From the NCBI GenBank assembly GCA_002393735.1, contig DGTK01000017.1, forward strand, positions 115,544 through 179,543: a stretch of 64,000 nucleotides of DNA. The letters are read 5' to 3'. This stretch comes from Lachnospiraceae bacterium UBA4338 (GTDB lineage Bacteria; Bacillota; Clostridia; Lachnospirales; Lachnospiraceae). Positions 38,051-45,805 of the stretch are shown piece by piece. Numbering within the stretch: the first letter of the stretch is position 1; every line of letters begins with the position of its first letter. Below the pieces are notes generated by a model. That model was given only the letters and a program-made list of their open reading frames with translations, did not search any database and was not told the DNA's origin. The position numbers and the translations under genes were made by a program.

Positions 38051-38633
38051 AGTCATTTAAATGTATTTTATAATATTCATATGACATCTTTGTCATTGGA
38101 TCAATTGCTTTTAACTGATTGTTTTCTCTTTCTTTTAAATAAATACAGGTTTCTTCTAAGATTAATGCAACACATTTATCCAGATTAACTTTGGATACTT
38201 CTCTGTATTCATCCAATCTTGGACTGTGAGTTCTGCCCTTCTCAAGATAATCAGAAACAAATATGATTTTCTCTAACATAGTCATATCAGGTTTTCCGGT
38301 TGTATGATATGTTATTGCTGAAAGTATCTCTTCATCATCTACTTCATATATTTCCTTGGCAAGAATGGCTCCTGCTTTGGCGTGAAGTAATTCCGGATTA
38401 TTTCTTTCAATATTTGTTACTTCAATATTATGATCATTGCAAAGCTTTATCTTATCTTCTGTACTTACATACTTAGCGCAGTCATGAAGCATGGCGGCTC
38501 TCCTGGCTCTTTTTTCATCAACACCATAGATTTTAGAGAGCATTACGGCATATTCCATAACGCCTTCGGTATGTGTGATTCTTTTGGGTTTAAGATTTTT
38601 GCATAATATTTCAAATCTTTTCTTATCTTTCAT
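38049..38633 (-). CDS. yqeK: HD-domain Ap4A hydrolase YqeK
   Basis: RITH, LHDCAK, LLH, YHTTG, SDYLE; follows nadD. Confidence 0.92.
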   Translation of the reverse strand: MKDKKRFEILCKNLKPKRITHTEGVMEYAVMLSKIYGVDEKRARRAAMLHDCAKYVSTEDKIKLCNDHNIEVTNIERNNPELLHAKAGAILAKEIYEVDDEEILSAITYHTTGKPDMTMLEKIIFVSDYLEKGRTHSPRLDEYREVSKVNLDKCVALILEETCIYLKERENNQLKAIDPMTKMSYEYYKIHLND

Positions 38634-39270
38634 TATATATACCTTCTTTAATGATATATTCTAATGTTTTTGAAGGAATATAATTTCTGGCTTTATCATA
38701 TTCCTTATTTTTAAGGATATTTCGTAAATCTGTGGAAGAAATATCGATTTTATCCATATGAAGTCTTAATATCACAGCATCTGGATTATTCAGGCACATT
38801 TCTTCGAAATATGTATCATCTTCAACATCTTCATTATCTATAATGCCTTCATGAGTGTTGTCAGATCTGGTTTTGGTTCTTGGCGCAACTACCAGGGCTG
38901 CCAGTTCAAGGATATCCTTATAACTCTTCCATTTATGAAATAATCTGAAAGAATCCATTCCCATAATAAAGAATAATTCATCATCAGGAAACTGTTTTCT
39001 GAAAAGCTTAACGGTGTCAATCGAATAAGTATTGCCTACTCTTTTTATTTCACAGTCTGATGCTTTAAATTTATCATTTGAATCTATGGCTGATTTAACC
39101 ATATTTAGCCTTATGTCAGAACCTAATACATTTTCTTTAAAATAAGATTTACCAGTTGGAATAAAATATATGGTATCAAGATTAAGTTCATCCATGGCTT
39201 TATTGGCTATTTCAATATGTCCAATATGGATTGGATCATAGGTCCCACCAAAAAGTCCGATTTTTCCCAT
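38623..39270 (-). CDS. nadD: Nicotinate-nucleotide adenylyltransferase
   Basis: GGTYDPIHIGH, FIMGMD, ISST. Confidence 0.95.
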   Translation of the reverse strand: MGKIGLFGGTYDPIHIGHIEIANKAMDELNLDTIYFIPTGKSYFKENVLGSDIRLNMVKSAIDSNDKFKASDCEIKRVGNTYSIDTVKLFRKQFPDDELFFIMGMDSFRLFHKWKSYKDILELAALVVAPRTKTRSDNTHEGIIDNEDVEDDTYFEEMCLNNPDAVILRLHMDKIDISSTDLRNILKNKEYDKARNYIPSKTLEYIIKEGIYNER

Positions 39271-39287
39271 ATCATATCTCCCTAATC

Positions 39288-39578
39288 TTATTTAGGTAAA
39301 ACAATCTTCGGATCATCCTTAAAAGGCTTATATAAAACAATTTTACGGCCTATAACCTGCACTAATGTTGATGATGTTCTGTCAGCCAGTGCATTAGCCA
39401 TTTCGTTTATATTATCATCACAGTTTTTTAAGACGGTGATTTTGACAAGTTCATGTGTATTAAAACTTTCTGATACAGCATTGGTAACATCAGGAGTTAA
39501 TGCATTTTTGCCGATTTGAAATAAAGAGTCTAAGTTTGATGCCAATGATTTAAGATATGCTCTTTGTTTGCTGTTCAT
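39288..39578 (-). CDS. yhbY: RNA-binding protein YhbY (CRM domain)
   Basis: KQRAYL, QIGK, HELVKI, QVIGR.IVLY. Confidence 0.93.
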   Translation of the reverse strand: MNSKQRAYLKSLASNLDSLFQIGKNALTPDVTNAVSESFNTHELVKITVLKNCDDNINEMANALADRTSSTLVQVIGRKIVLYKPFKDDPKIVLPK

Positions 39579-39587
39579 ATTGTCTCC

Positions 39588-40922
39588 TTATTCGTAATAC
39601 TGGAAGGATAAGCCGTACATTCTGACTGTATCTCCTTCGTTTATGCCTAATTCTTTTAATTTATCAAGGATTTCATTCTCCTTAAGGAAGTTCTGGAAGA
39701 ACATGAAGCCCTTTTCTGACTCAAGATTTGTGTAGCCAAGCATCTTTTCAATTCTAGGGCCTTCAACCACATATTCCTTATTCTCTGAATCATATGTAAC
39801 TTCAAATGGTTCGTTAGTAAAGGATAATTCATATTCCGGGAAGAATTCACTTTCGAATACCAGTGGTTCTTCTTCCATATTCTTAAGGATGTCAGATACA
39901 TAATATAACATCTCACTAAGGCCTTCGCCGGTTACAGCGCTTATTGGAAAAACCTTTATTCCCTTAGGCTCGAATTCTTCTTTAAGTGATGTAATTATAT
40001 CTTTTGAATCCTCATAAATAAGCTCGCCGTTATCATCAATATCAATTGCTTCTTTTTCAGCGTTAATGGAATCGATTTTATTGGCAGCAATTATCTGCGG
40101 TTTATTCTCAAGATCTGAATTATATTTCTTAAGTTCATCATTGATGGTATAGAAATCTTCTACAGGATTTCTTCCCTCAGTTGATGCGGCGTCAAGAACA
40201 TGAATAAATACTCTTGTTCTTTCGATATGCCTTAAGAACTTATGACCAAGACCTGCTCCATCAGCAGCGCCTTCAATAAGTCCGGGAATGTCTGCCATTA
40301 CAAAACTGTTATCGCCAAGATTTACAACACCTAAATGAGGAGTAATTGTTGTAAAATGGTAGTTTGCTATTTCAGGTTTTGCATTGGTAACATGGGCAAG
40401 CAGGGTTGATTTACCAACATTTGGATAACCTATTAAACCTACATCAGCAATTAATTTAAGTTCAAGTATAAGATTTAATTCTCTTCCCGGCTGACCAGGC
40501 TGCGCATATTTAGGAGCCTGCATTGTGGATGTTGCATAATGCTGGTTGCCGTTTCCGCCTTTTCCGCCTTTGAGAATAACATATTCATCTTCAGTATCAG
40601 ACATATCATATATTACTTTGCCTGAATTCTCTTCTCTGATGACTGTGCCGGCAGGAACATTGATAATGATATCACTGCCGTTTTTTCCCCGACAGTTTCT
40701 TTTCTTGCCATCTTCACCATTTTCAGCTTTATATTTGCGCACAGCTCTAAAAGGGCTTAATGTATTAAGTCCTTTATCTATTTTAAAGATAACACTTCCA
40801 CCGTCTCCGCCGTCACCACCATCCGGACCGCCGTCAGGGACATATTTCTCTCTTCTGAAAGATACATGGCCGTCGCCACCTTTACCGCTTCTTATATATA
40901 TTTTAGCAAAATCACAAAACAT
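39588..40922 (-). CDS. obgE: GTPase ObgE
   Basis: Gly-rich Obg fold, GYPNVGKS, YHFTT, DIPG, NKID. Confidence 0.97.
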   Translation of the reverse strand: MFCDFAKIYIRSGKGGDGHVSFRREKYVPDGGPDGGDGGDGGSVIFKIDKGLNTLSPFRAVRKYKAENGEDGKKRNCRGKNGSDIIINVPAGTVIREENSGKVIYDMSDTEDEYVILKGGKGGNGNQHYATSTMQAPKYAQPGQPGRELNLILELKLIADVGLIGYPNVGKSTLLAHVTNAKPEIANYHFTTITPHLGVVNLGDNSFVMADIPGLIEGAADGAGLGHKFLRHIERTRVFIHVLDAASTEGRNPVEDFYTINDELKKYNSDLENKPQIIAANKIDSINAEKEAIDIDDNGELIYEDSKDIITSLKEEFEPKGIKVFPISAVTGEGLSEMLYYVSDILKNMEEEPLVFESEFFPEYELSFTNEPFEVTYDSENKEYVVEGPRIEKMLGYTNLESEKGFMFFQNFLKENEILDKLKELGINEGDTVRMYGLSFQYYE

Positions 40923-40937
40923 ATTAACACCTTAAAG

Positions 40938-40965
40938 AAAAAGCCTCAATTAATAATTGAGGCTT
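40938..40965 (-). terminator. Intrinsic terminator after rpmA
   Basis: aagcctcaatt/aattgaggctt stem with a T run on the minus strand. Confidence 0.75.
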
Positions 40966-40977
40966 AAAAATAACTTC

Positions 40978-41262
40978 TTATTTCTCTACAGGATAAACAC
41001 TAGCCTGCTTCTTGTCTCTTCCCTTACGCTCAAAACGAAGAGTTCCATCAACTAAAGCGAACAATGTATCATCTCCACCGATACCTACATTAGTACCTGG
41101 ATGAATCTTAGTTCCTCTTTGTCTGTATATAATATTGCCGGCTTTAACGAACTGTCCGTCAGCTCTCTTAGCACCAAGTCTCTTGGATTCAGAGTCTCTA
41201 CCGTTCTTTGTAGAACCGACACCCTTTTTATGAGCGAATAATTGAAGGTTCATTTGTAACAT
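40978..41262 (-). CDS. rpmA: 50S ribosomal protein L27 with Prp-cleaved N-terminal extension
   Basis: MLQMNLQLF then [15 protein letters not shown]. Confidence 0.98.
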   Translation of the reverse strand: MLQMNLQLFAHKKGVGSTKNGRDSESKRLGAKRADGQFVKAGNIIYRQRGTKIHPGTNVGIGGDDTLFALVDGTLRFERKGRDKKQASVYPVEK

Positions 41263-41265
41263 GAC

Positions 41266-41592
41266 TTACACCTCCTTATAATCTACTGTTAAATACTTAT
41301 CGCCATATTCTTCGGCGATGTTCTTAAGACCTAATTCAAGTGAATCAATTAATAATTTAGTTCCGTCTTTGGTATTATCTTTTAATACTACTATAAGTAA
41401 TCCATCAGATTCTTCGGATGAAATTAAATCATCAGTTAAACTTTCAATGGAATTAACAGTATTAATTAATAATGTTGAAACTGCGCAACATACAAGATCA
41501 TGACCATTTTTATTTTTCTTAAAACCGGCATGACCTGAAGCATATATTGCCTTGATATCACCATTATGTCTGTTAAATGTTATCTTAACCAT
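41266..41592 (-). CDS. prp: Ribosomal-processing cysteine protease Prp
   Basis: GHA...DLVCCAVS catalytic His/Cys; lies between rplU and rpmA. Confidence 0.92.
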   Translation of the reverse strand: MVKITFNRHNGDIKAIYASGHAGFKKNKNGHDLVCCAVSTLLINTVNSIESLTDDLISSEESDGLLIVVLKDNTKDGTKLLIDSLELGLKNIAEEYGDKYLTVDYKEV

Positions 41593-41601
41593 AACAAAAC
41601 C

Positions 41602-41907
41602 TTAAGCGTTGATTGAATTGATTTTTACGCTTGTGTATGCTTGTCTGTGACCATTTTTCTTATGATAGCCTGATTTTCTCTTATACTTATATACAAGAAC
41701 CTTCTTAGCTCTGGCCTGCTTAAGAACAGTTGCTGATACAGTAGAATTAGAAACATCGCTGCCAACTTTTAAGCCGTCACCACCGATAGCTAATACGTTA
41801 TCAAAAGTAACTTCCTTACCTTCTTCAACGTCTAACTTCTCTACATTAATTACATCTCCCTCGGCAACTTTATACTGCTTGCCACCGGTTGCTATAATTG
41901 CGTACAT
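41602..41907 (-). CDS. rplU: 50S ribosomal protein L21
   Basis: [14 protein letters not shown] and GHRQAYT. Confidence 0.98.
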   Translation of the reverse strand: MYAIIATGGKQYKVAEGDVINVEKLDVEEGKEVTFDNVLAIGGDGLKVGSDVSNSTVSATVLKQARAKKVLVYKYKRKSGYHKKNGHRQAYTSVKINSINA

Positions 41908-41925
41908 AAGGCACCTCCTTATTAA

Positions 41926-41988
41926 CTTTACTCGCTAGTTTTGGTGATGTCTAAAAGACATACTTATACCTAACTAAGCGGCATACCT
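41926..41988 (-). ncRNA. L21 leader RNA (ribosomal protein leader)
   Basis: GTATGCCGC...AGGT...hairpin...ACC...GCGAGT arrangement upstream of rplU, downstream of a TTGACA promoter at about 41995-42022. Confidence 0.7.
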
Positions 41989-42045
41989 TGATATATTATC
42001 ATTATTGGTAGGATAATGTCAAGCAAATTATGTAAAAATCGTACT

Positions 42046-42142
42046 CATCGAGTTAAACTGCTTCGCACTTTAACTCGATGTCGCGTTGCCTGTCAAATAC
42101 AAATTCATGCAAGCATGATTTGTACTTGACAGGCTTATCGCG
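42046..42142. repeat. Double REP-like hairpin with GCGAAGC and GCAAGC apices
   Basis: catcgagttaaa/tttaactcgatg (42046-42080) and gcctgtcaa..catgc-aa-gcatg..ttgacaggc (42082-42142). Confidence 0.75.
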
Positions 42143-42143
42143 C

Positions 42144-42172
42144 AAAACAGCGCCACCGAAGTGACGCTGCTT
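42144..42172 (-). terminator. Intrinsic terminator of the SHOCT gene
   Basis: Minus strand reads cagcgtcac-TTCG-gtggcgctg-tttt (cUUCGg loop). Confidence 0.8.
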
Positions 42173-42191
42173 AAATTTAGCTGTGAATGAA

Positions 42192-43892
42192 TTATAATTC
42201 GCTCATAAGTTTCATCTTGTAATTTGTAAATTCATCAGATGTGAGCATTCCAACTTTCTCGAGATCCATAAGCTTCTTAACGCTAACCTGGAACTCTTCA
42301 GTTGATTCGTGTGGTTTGAAGATGTCTGCGATAAACTCTTCTTTCTTAAGGTTGTAATCTTCTTCAGAGATAAGTCCCATCTTAGGAGAAGCGATATAAA
42401 TCTCAACCTTTGTAACATAATCATCAATTGCGCTAACCTTACGAAGAAGATCAACCTTCTTAGCATGGAAGTCACTGTCTGATAACCAGTTGCACTCTTT
42501 AAGAGCGATAAGTCTTTCAACAACAACCTTGAATTCATCTACATTGCTCCATGGAGCATTGTTAACGAAATCATTGATAACCTGCTGCTGCTTTGCTCTG
42601 AAGTCGTTCTCTGTGATAACCTTGGCATCAACAAGAACTGGCCACTTATTAAGCTTATCTTTAAGTGTAGGAATTGGATCTTCAAATCCTACATCGATGA
42701 TATCAACTAATGACTGAATCTTCAGTTTGAATTCATCATCTGAAAGCATTCCAACTTCTTTAAGGATTGGCCATCTCTCTAACTTGTGAAGAAGAACTGT
42801 ATTTGTATCATTGTAATCAAATTCAACTTCATCAAGAATTGATTTCTTCTTCTCTTCAAATTCAACATCGTTAATCATACCGCCAATCTTGAGGTATGGT
42901 AACTTCTCGATGTTGCTCTTGTATTCGTTAAGATCCTTAACATCTGTATTGCAGCACTCTTTGATGATGTCAGCCTTACGAGCATTGAATTCTGAATCAT
43001 CAAGCATACCCATATCTTTAAGAACAACAAGTTTCTCAACCTTGGTATTGAAATCTGACATTCCGCATAATTCGCTGACAAGTTCTAACTTCTTGGCATC
43101 GAATTCCTTCTCAGATAACATACCACAGTCTTTTAAGATATATAACTTCTCTAATCTCTTCTGGAAATCTTCTGAGTTGTCCTCTTCCTTCTTTGCTGGA
43201 GCCGGAGCTGGAGCAGGTGGAGGTGTAGGAGCTGTTCTTCTGCTAAGTACTGGTGTACTTGGAATTGGTGCAGCTGCTGGAGCAGGTGCTGGTGTTGGAA
43301 CTGCTTCTGCTCTCTTAAGTAATGATGATCCAAACTCTTCTGCAGGTGCCTCAGCCTTAGGTGCTCTGGCAGGTGCTGGAGCTGGAGCCTCAGCCTTAAC
43401 TGGAGCTGGCTTAGGAGCCGGAGCTTCCGGTTTCTTAACTGGCTGTGGTTCAGGAGCCTGTACAGGTTTAACTACAGGAGTACCTGTAGGTCTCTGGATT
43501 GGCTGGCTCTGTGTTGTAGCCTGCTTAACCGGAGCTGCTGCGTTGCTTCCGCCTGAACTTTCTTTCAACTGACCTAATTTCTCGATAACTATATCTATAT
43601 CCTTAATAGAAGGGAAAATAGTCTGTGCTTTCTTTGTACCATATAAACTGGTAATTCTTGTGTTCATGATCAAGGCCTGGTTACCCATATATTCACCTTT
43701 CAGAACTTCACGAACATCAGTAAGAGGATAATCGAAATTGTCTATGTAACCGTTTCTTCCCTCTTCGTTACAGATAAAAGCCTTTCCTGAGATTCTGTCC
43801 CCGTCAATTTTTAAGAAAAGCTTGTCTCCGCCTTTCAATAGCTTATTTTTAATGCTACCGCTGTAATTACAAGTAAAAACTTGAGCTGCCAT
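42192..43892 (-). CDS. Hypothetical protein: N-terminal globular domain, Pro/Ala linker and 8 SHOCT-like repeats
   Basis: Eight copies of a LEKL..LK..G.L...EF...K..L-type unit. GGGAGG RBS supports the ATG at 43892. Confidence 0.8.
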   Translation of the reverse strand: MAAQVFTCNYSGSIKNKLLKGGDKLFLKIDGDRISGKAFICNEEGRNGYIDNFDYPLTDVREVLKGEYMGNQALIMNTRITSLYGTKKAQTIFPSIKDIDIVIEKLGQLKESSGGSNAAAPVKQATTQSQPIQRPTGTPVVKPVQAPEPQPVKKPEAPAPKPAPVKAEAPAPAPARAPKAEAPAEEFGSSLLKRAEAVPTPAPAPAAAPIPSTPVLSRRTAPTPPPAPAPAPAKKEEDNSEDFQKRLEKLYILKDCGMLSEKEFDAKKLELVSELCGMSDFNTKVEKLVVLKDMGMLDDSEFNARKADIIKECCNTDVKDLNEYKSNIEKLPYLKIGGMINDVEFEEKKKSILDEVEFDYNDTNTVLLHKLERWPILKEVGMLSDDEFKLKIQSLVDIIDVGFEDPIPTLKDKLNKWPVLVDAKVITENDFRAKQQQVINDFVNNAPWSNVDEFKVVVERLIALKECNWLSDSDFHAKKVDLLRKVSAIDDYVTKVEIYIASPKMGLISEEDYNLKKEEFIADIFKPHESTEEFQVSVKKLMDLEKVGMLTSDEFTNYKMKLMSEL

Positions 43893-44022
43893 TAAAATAA
43901 CCTCCCTTTCATTCACGCTATATGGATGATGAACTTTTTATGCCTTTAGTCAAAAAAACAAAACAAAATTCACAAAGAATTTTGCGTTTTAAACATATAT
44001 TTGTTCAAAATCACTTATCAAT

Positions 44023-44051
44023 ATAATACCAATAAATGACCTATTTTTCAA
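44023..44051 (-). promoter_or_regulatory. Putative sigma-A promoter of the SHOCT gene
   Basis: TTGAAA-17-TATTAT with an extended TG. Confidence 0.55.
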
Positions 44052-44061
44052 GTTTTTTTTA

Positions 44062-45072
44062 TTAAATCTCTATAAACTGTTCAGACAACATTAAGCCTGA
44101 TTTTTTTCTTGTTATTTCCGCCAAACCGAGGGCTGTAAAATCGTGAATATGCACAAAATTATCCTCCAGCGCCATGGTTTTTAAAGCATCAAAGAGTGTA
44201 ATTCTGTCTTCTTTATCAGGCATATTGATAAAATCAACGATTATTATTCCTGATATATTTCTTAAGGTAAGCTGCAGCATAATCTCTTTGGATGCTTCCA
44301 AATTAATATCAAGTGCCGATAATTTATCAGTGGATTTAGCACCATTTACATCAATAACACACATGCTCTCAGTGTTCTCTATGTATATTGATGCACCGCT
44401 CTTTAAGTTTATTTTTGATGAAAATACATTATTTAAGTGTTTTTCAACTGAAAATACAACATTTAATGGAACAAGATTATCATCGTAAACTGAAACATTA
44501 TGTAAACCTTTAGCCGATGCTACAGATTTTACCATTTCAAAAAGTTCTTTTGTTTCGCAGATAATACGGTCATTTTCATCTAGATAATCAATGAGACTTA
44601 AGATATTGGACTGACCTTCCTTAAGAACATAATAGTCAGTGAGTGTTTTTGCTTTTGTTATCAGTTCATTTATATTGTCATCTTTAATTTTGCAGGTTGC
44701 AGATGATAATTTGTTCTTCGAAGGAAGCCTTTTGATCTGAACAAGAACATTATCTCCAACTCTTAATGCACCGCCATCTCTTGATAAATTGCATTCCGGA
44801 AGATAATCGGTCTTACGCATAAAAAGTTTCTGCTTATCCTTCGCCAGCAGGAAAAGCGCATCAGTTCCCGGACTTATACTGTCGACTTTGGCAATAACGA
44901 CAGATTTTTCAGCCAAAACCTTATCGGCCTTCGAAACAATCCTTATAAGTCTGTCATCCTTAATCAGCATCGACAGAATGCTTCCTTTATAATTCAAAAA
45001 AAGCAGAGTCCTGGCGAAGGCGCCATTATTTATATTTTTGCCATCCTGGCCTTTTGGAATTGGTTTAATCAT
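44062..45072 (-). CDS. Ribonuclease E/G family protein (short)
   Basis: S1-like segment (VGDNVLVQI), LKSGA.I.IE.TE...VIDVN, LRNISGIIIVDFINM, LGLAEITRK. Confidence 0.88.
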   Translation of the reverse strand: MIKPIPKGQDGKNINNGAFARTLLFLNYKGSILSMLIKDDRLIRIVSKADKVLAEKSVVIAKVDSISPGTDALFLLAKDKQKLFMRKTDYLPECNLSRDGGALRVGDNVLVQIKRLPSKNKLSSATCKIKDDNINELITKAKTLTDYYVLKEGQSNILSLIDYLDENDRIICETKELFEMVKSVASAKGLHNVSVYDDNLVPLNVVFSVEKHLNNVFSSKINLKSGASIYIENTESMCVIDVNGAKSTDKLSALDINLEASKEIMLQLTLRNISGIIIVDFINMPDKEDRITLFDALKTMALEDNFVHIHDFTALGLAEITRKKSGLMLSEQFIEI

Positions 45073-45797
45073 CTTTTTGCTCCGAGAGATATAAAAGCAT
45101 CATCTTCTATTGTATATAAATCTGTACGAAGAAGATTGAAATTCTCGCTATACTCAGCATTTTCAAGTTCATAAAGACATTTTACAGCCTCTTTAGGATT
45201 AAGATTCCCACTGCTTGATGCATTAACCAGAACATATAAATCATCATCTGACAATGTAAGACCTTTATCCTTAATATTGGTCCTAATCCCCGCCGGAAGT
45301 TCCGTCACTTTACAGATTTCATAAATGAAAGGCTTTATATCACTGGTTTTCTCAGACTTCTTGGTCTTCTTTGTAAAGAGAATCTCATCTTTTGAATTAT
45401 AATCAGAAATTGCCTTATCAATATCAAAAGGCAGAGCATCTTTAAATCTGATAATATAGCCTGCAGCCTGAACTGAAGCCATGGCATTTTCTGCGTCATC
45501 CGGAAGCAAAATGATATCCTCGATATGCATTCCGTAAGCCATCTGAGCATCCAGATCTTCTTTCATCTTTTCAAGAGAATCATAGGAATTAGCCTCAATG
45601 TCGAAATATTCAGCCAGACCTTCCAGACCGATTCCCATTGGAAAAGCAAAAGACATAATCTGGTGTGGACTAAAGCCTTCTGTATATTTAATGTCTATGT
45701 CAGCTCTCTTAACAGCTTTCTGGAAATATCTGAGGATATCCAGGTGGCCTATGAATTTAAGGGGGCCGATTTTGCTAAATTTGATTCTTAATTTCAT
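45069..45797 (-). CDS. TIGR03936-type radical SAM-associated protein (DUF2344)
   Basis: KFIGHLD and YTEGFSPH motifs; follows the TIGR03960-type gene. Confidence 0.88.
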   Translation of the reverse strand: MKLRIKFSKIGPLKFIGHLDILRYFQKAVKRADIDIKYTEGFSPHQIMSFAFPMGIGLEGLAEYFDIEANSYDSLEKMKEDLDAQMAYGMHIEDIILLPDDAENAMASVQAAGYIIRFKDALPFDIDKAISDYNSKDEILFTKKTKKSEKTSDIKPFIYEICKVTELPAGIRTNIKDKGLTLSDDDLYVLVNASSSGNLNPKEAVKCLYELENAEYSENFNLLRTDLYTIEDDAFISLGAKR

Positions 45798-45805
45798 AAA
45801 AATAC

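Noticed and set aside
42889-43572. 227-aa plus-strand ORF with GAGAGA runs
   Set aside because: Antisense shadow of the Pro/Ala linker of the SHOCT gene; no RBS.
43989-44006. LexA box upstream of the SHOCT gene
   Set aside because: The GAAC and GTTT halves are 8 nt apart instead of 4.
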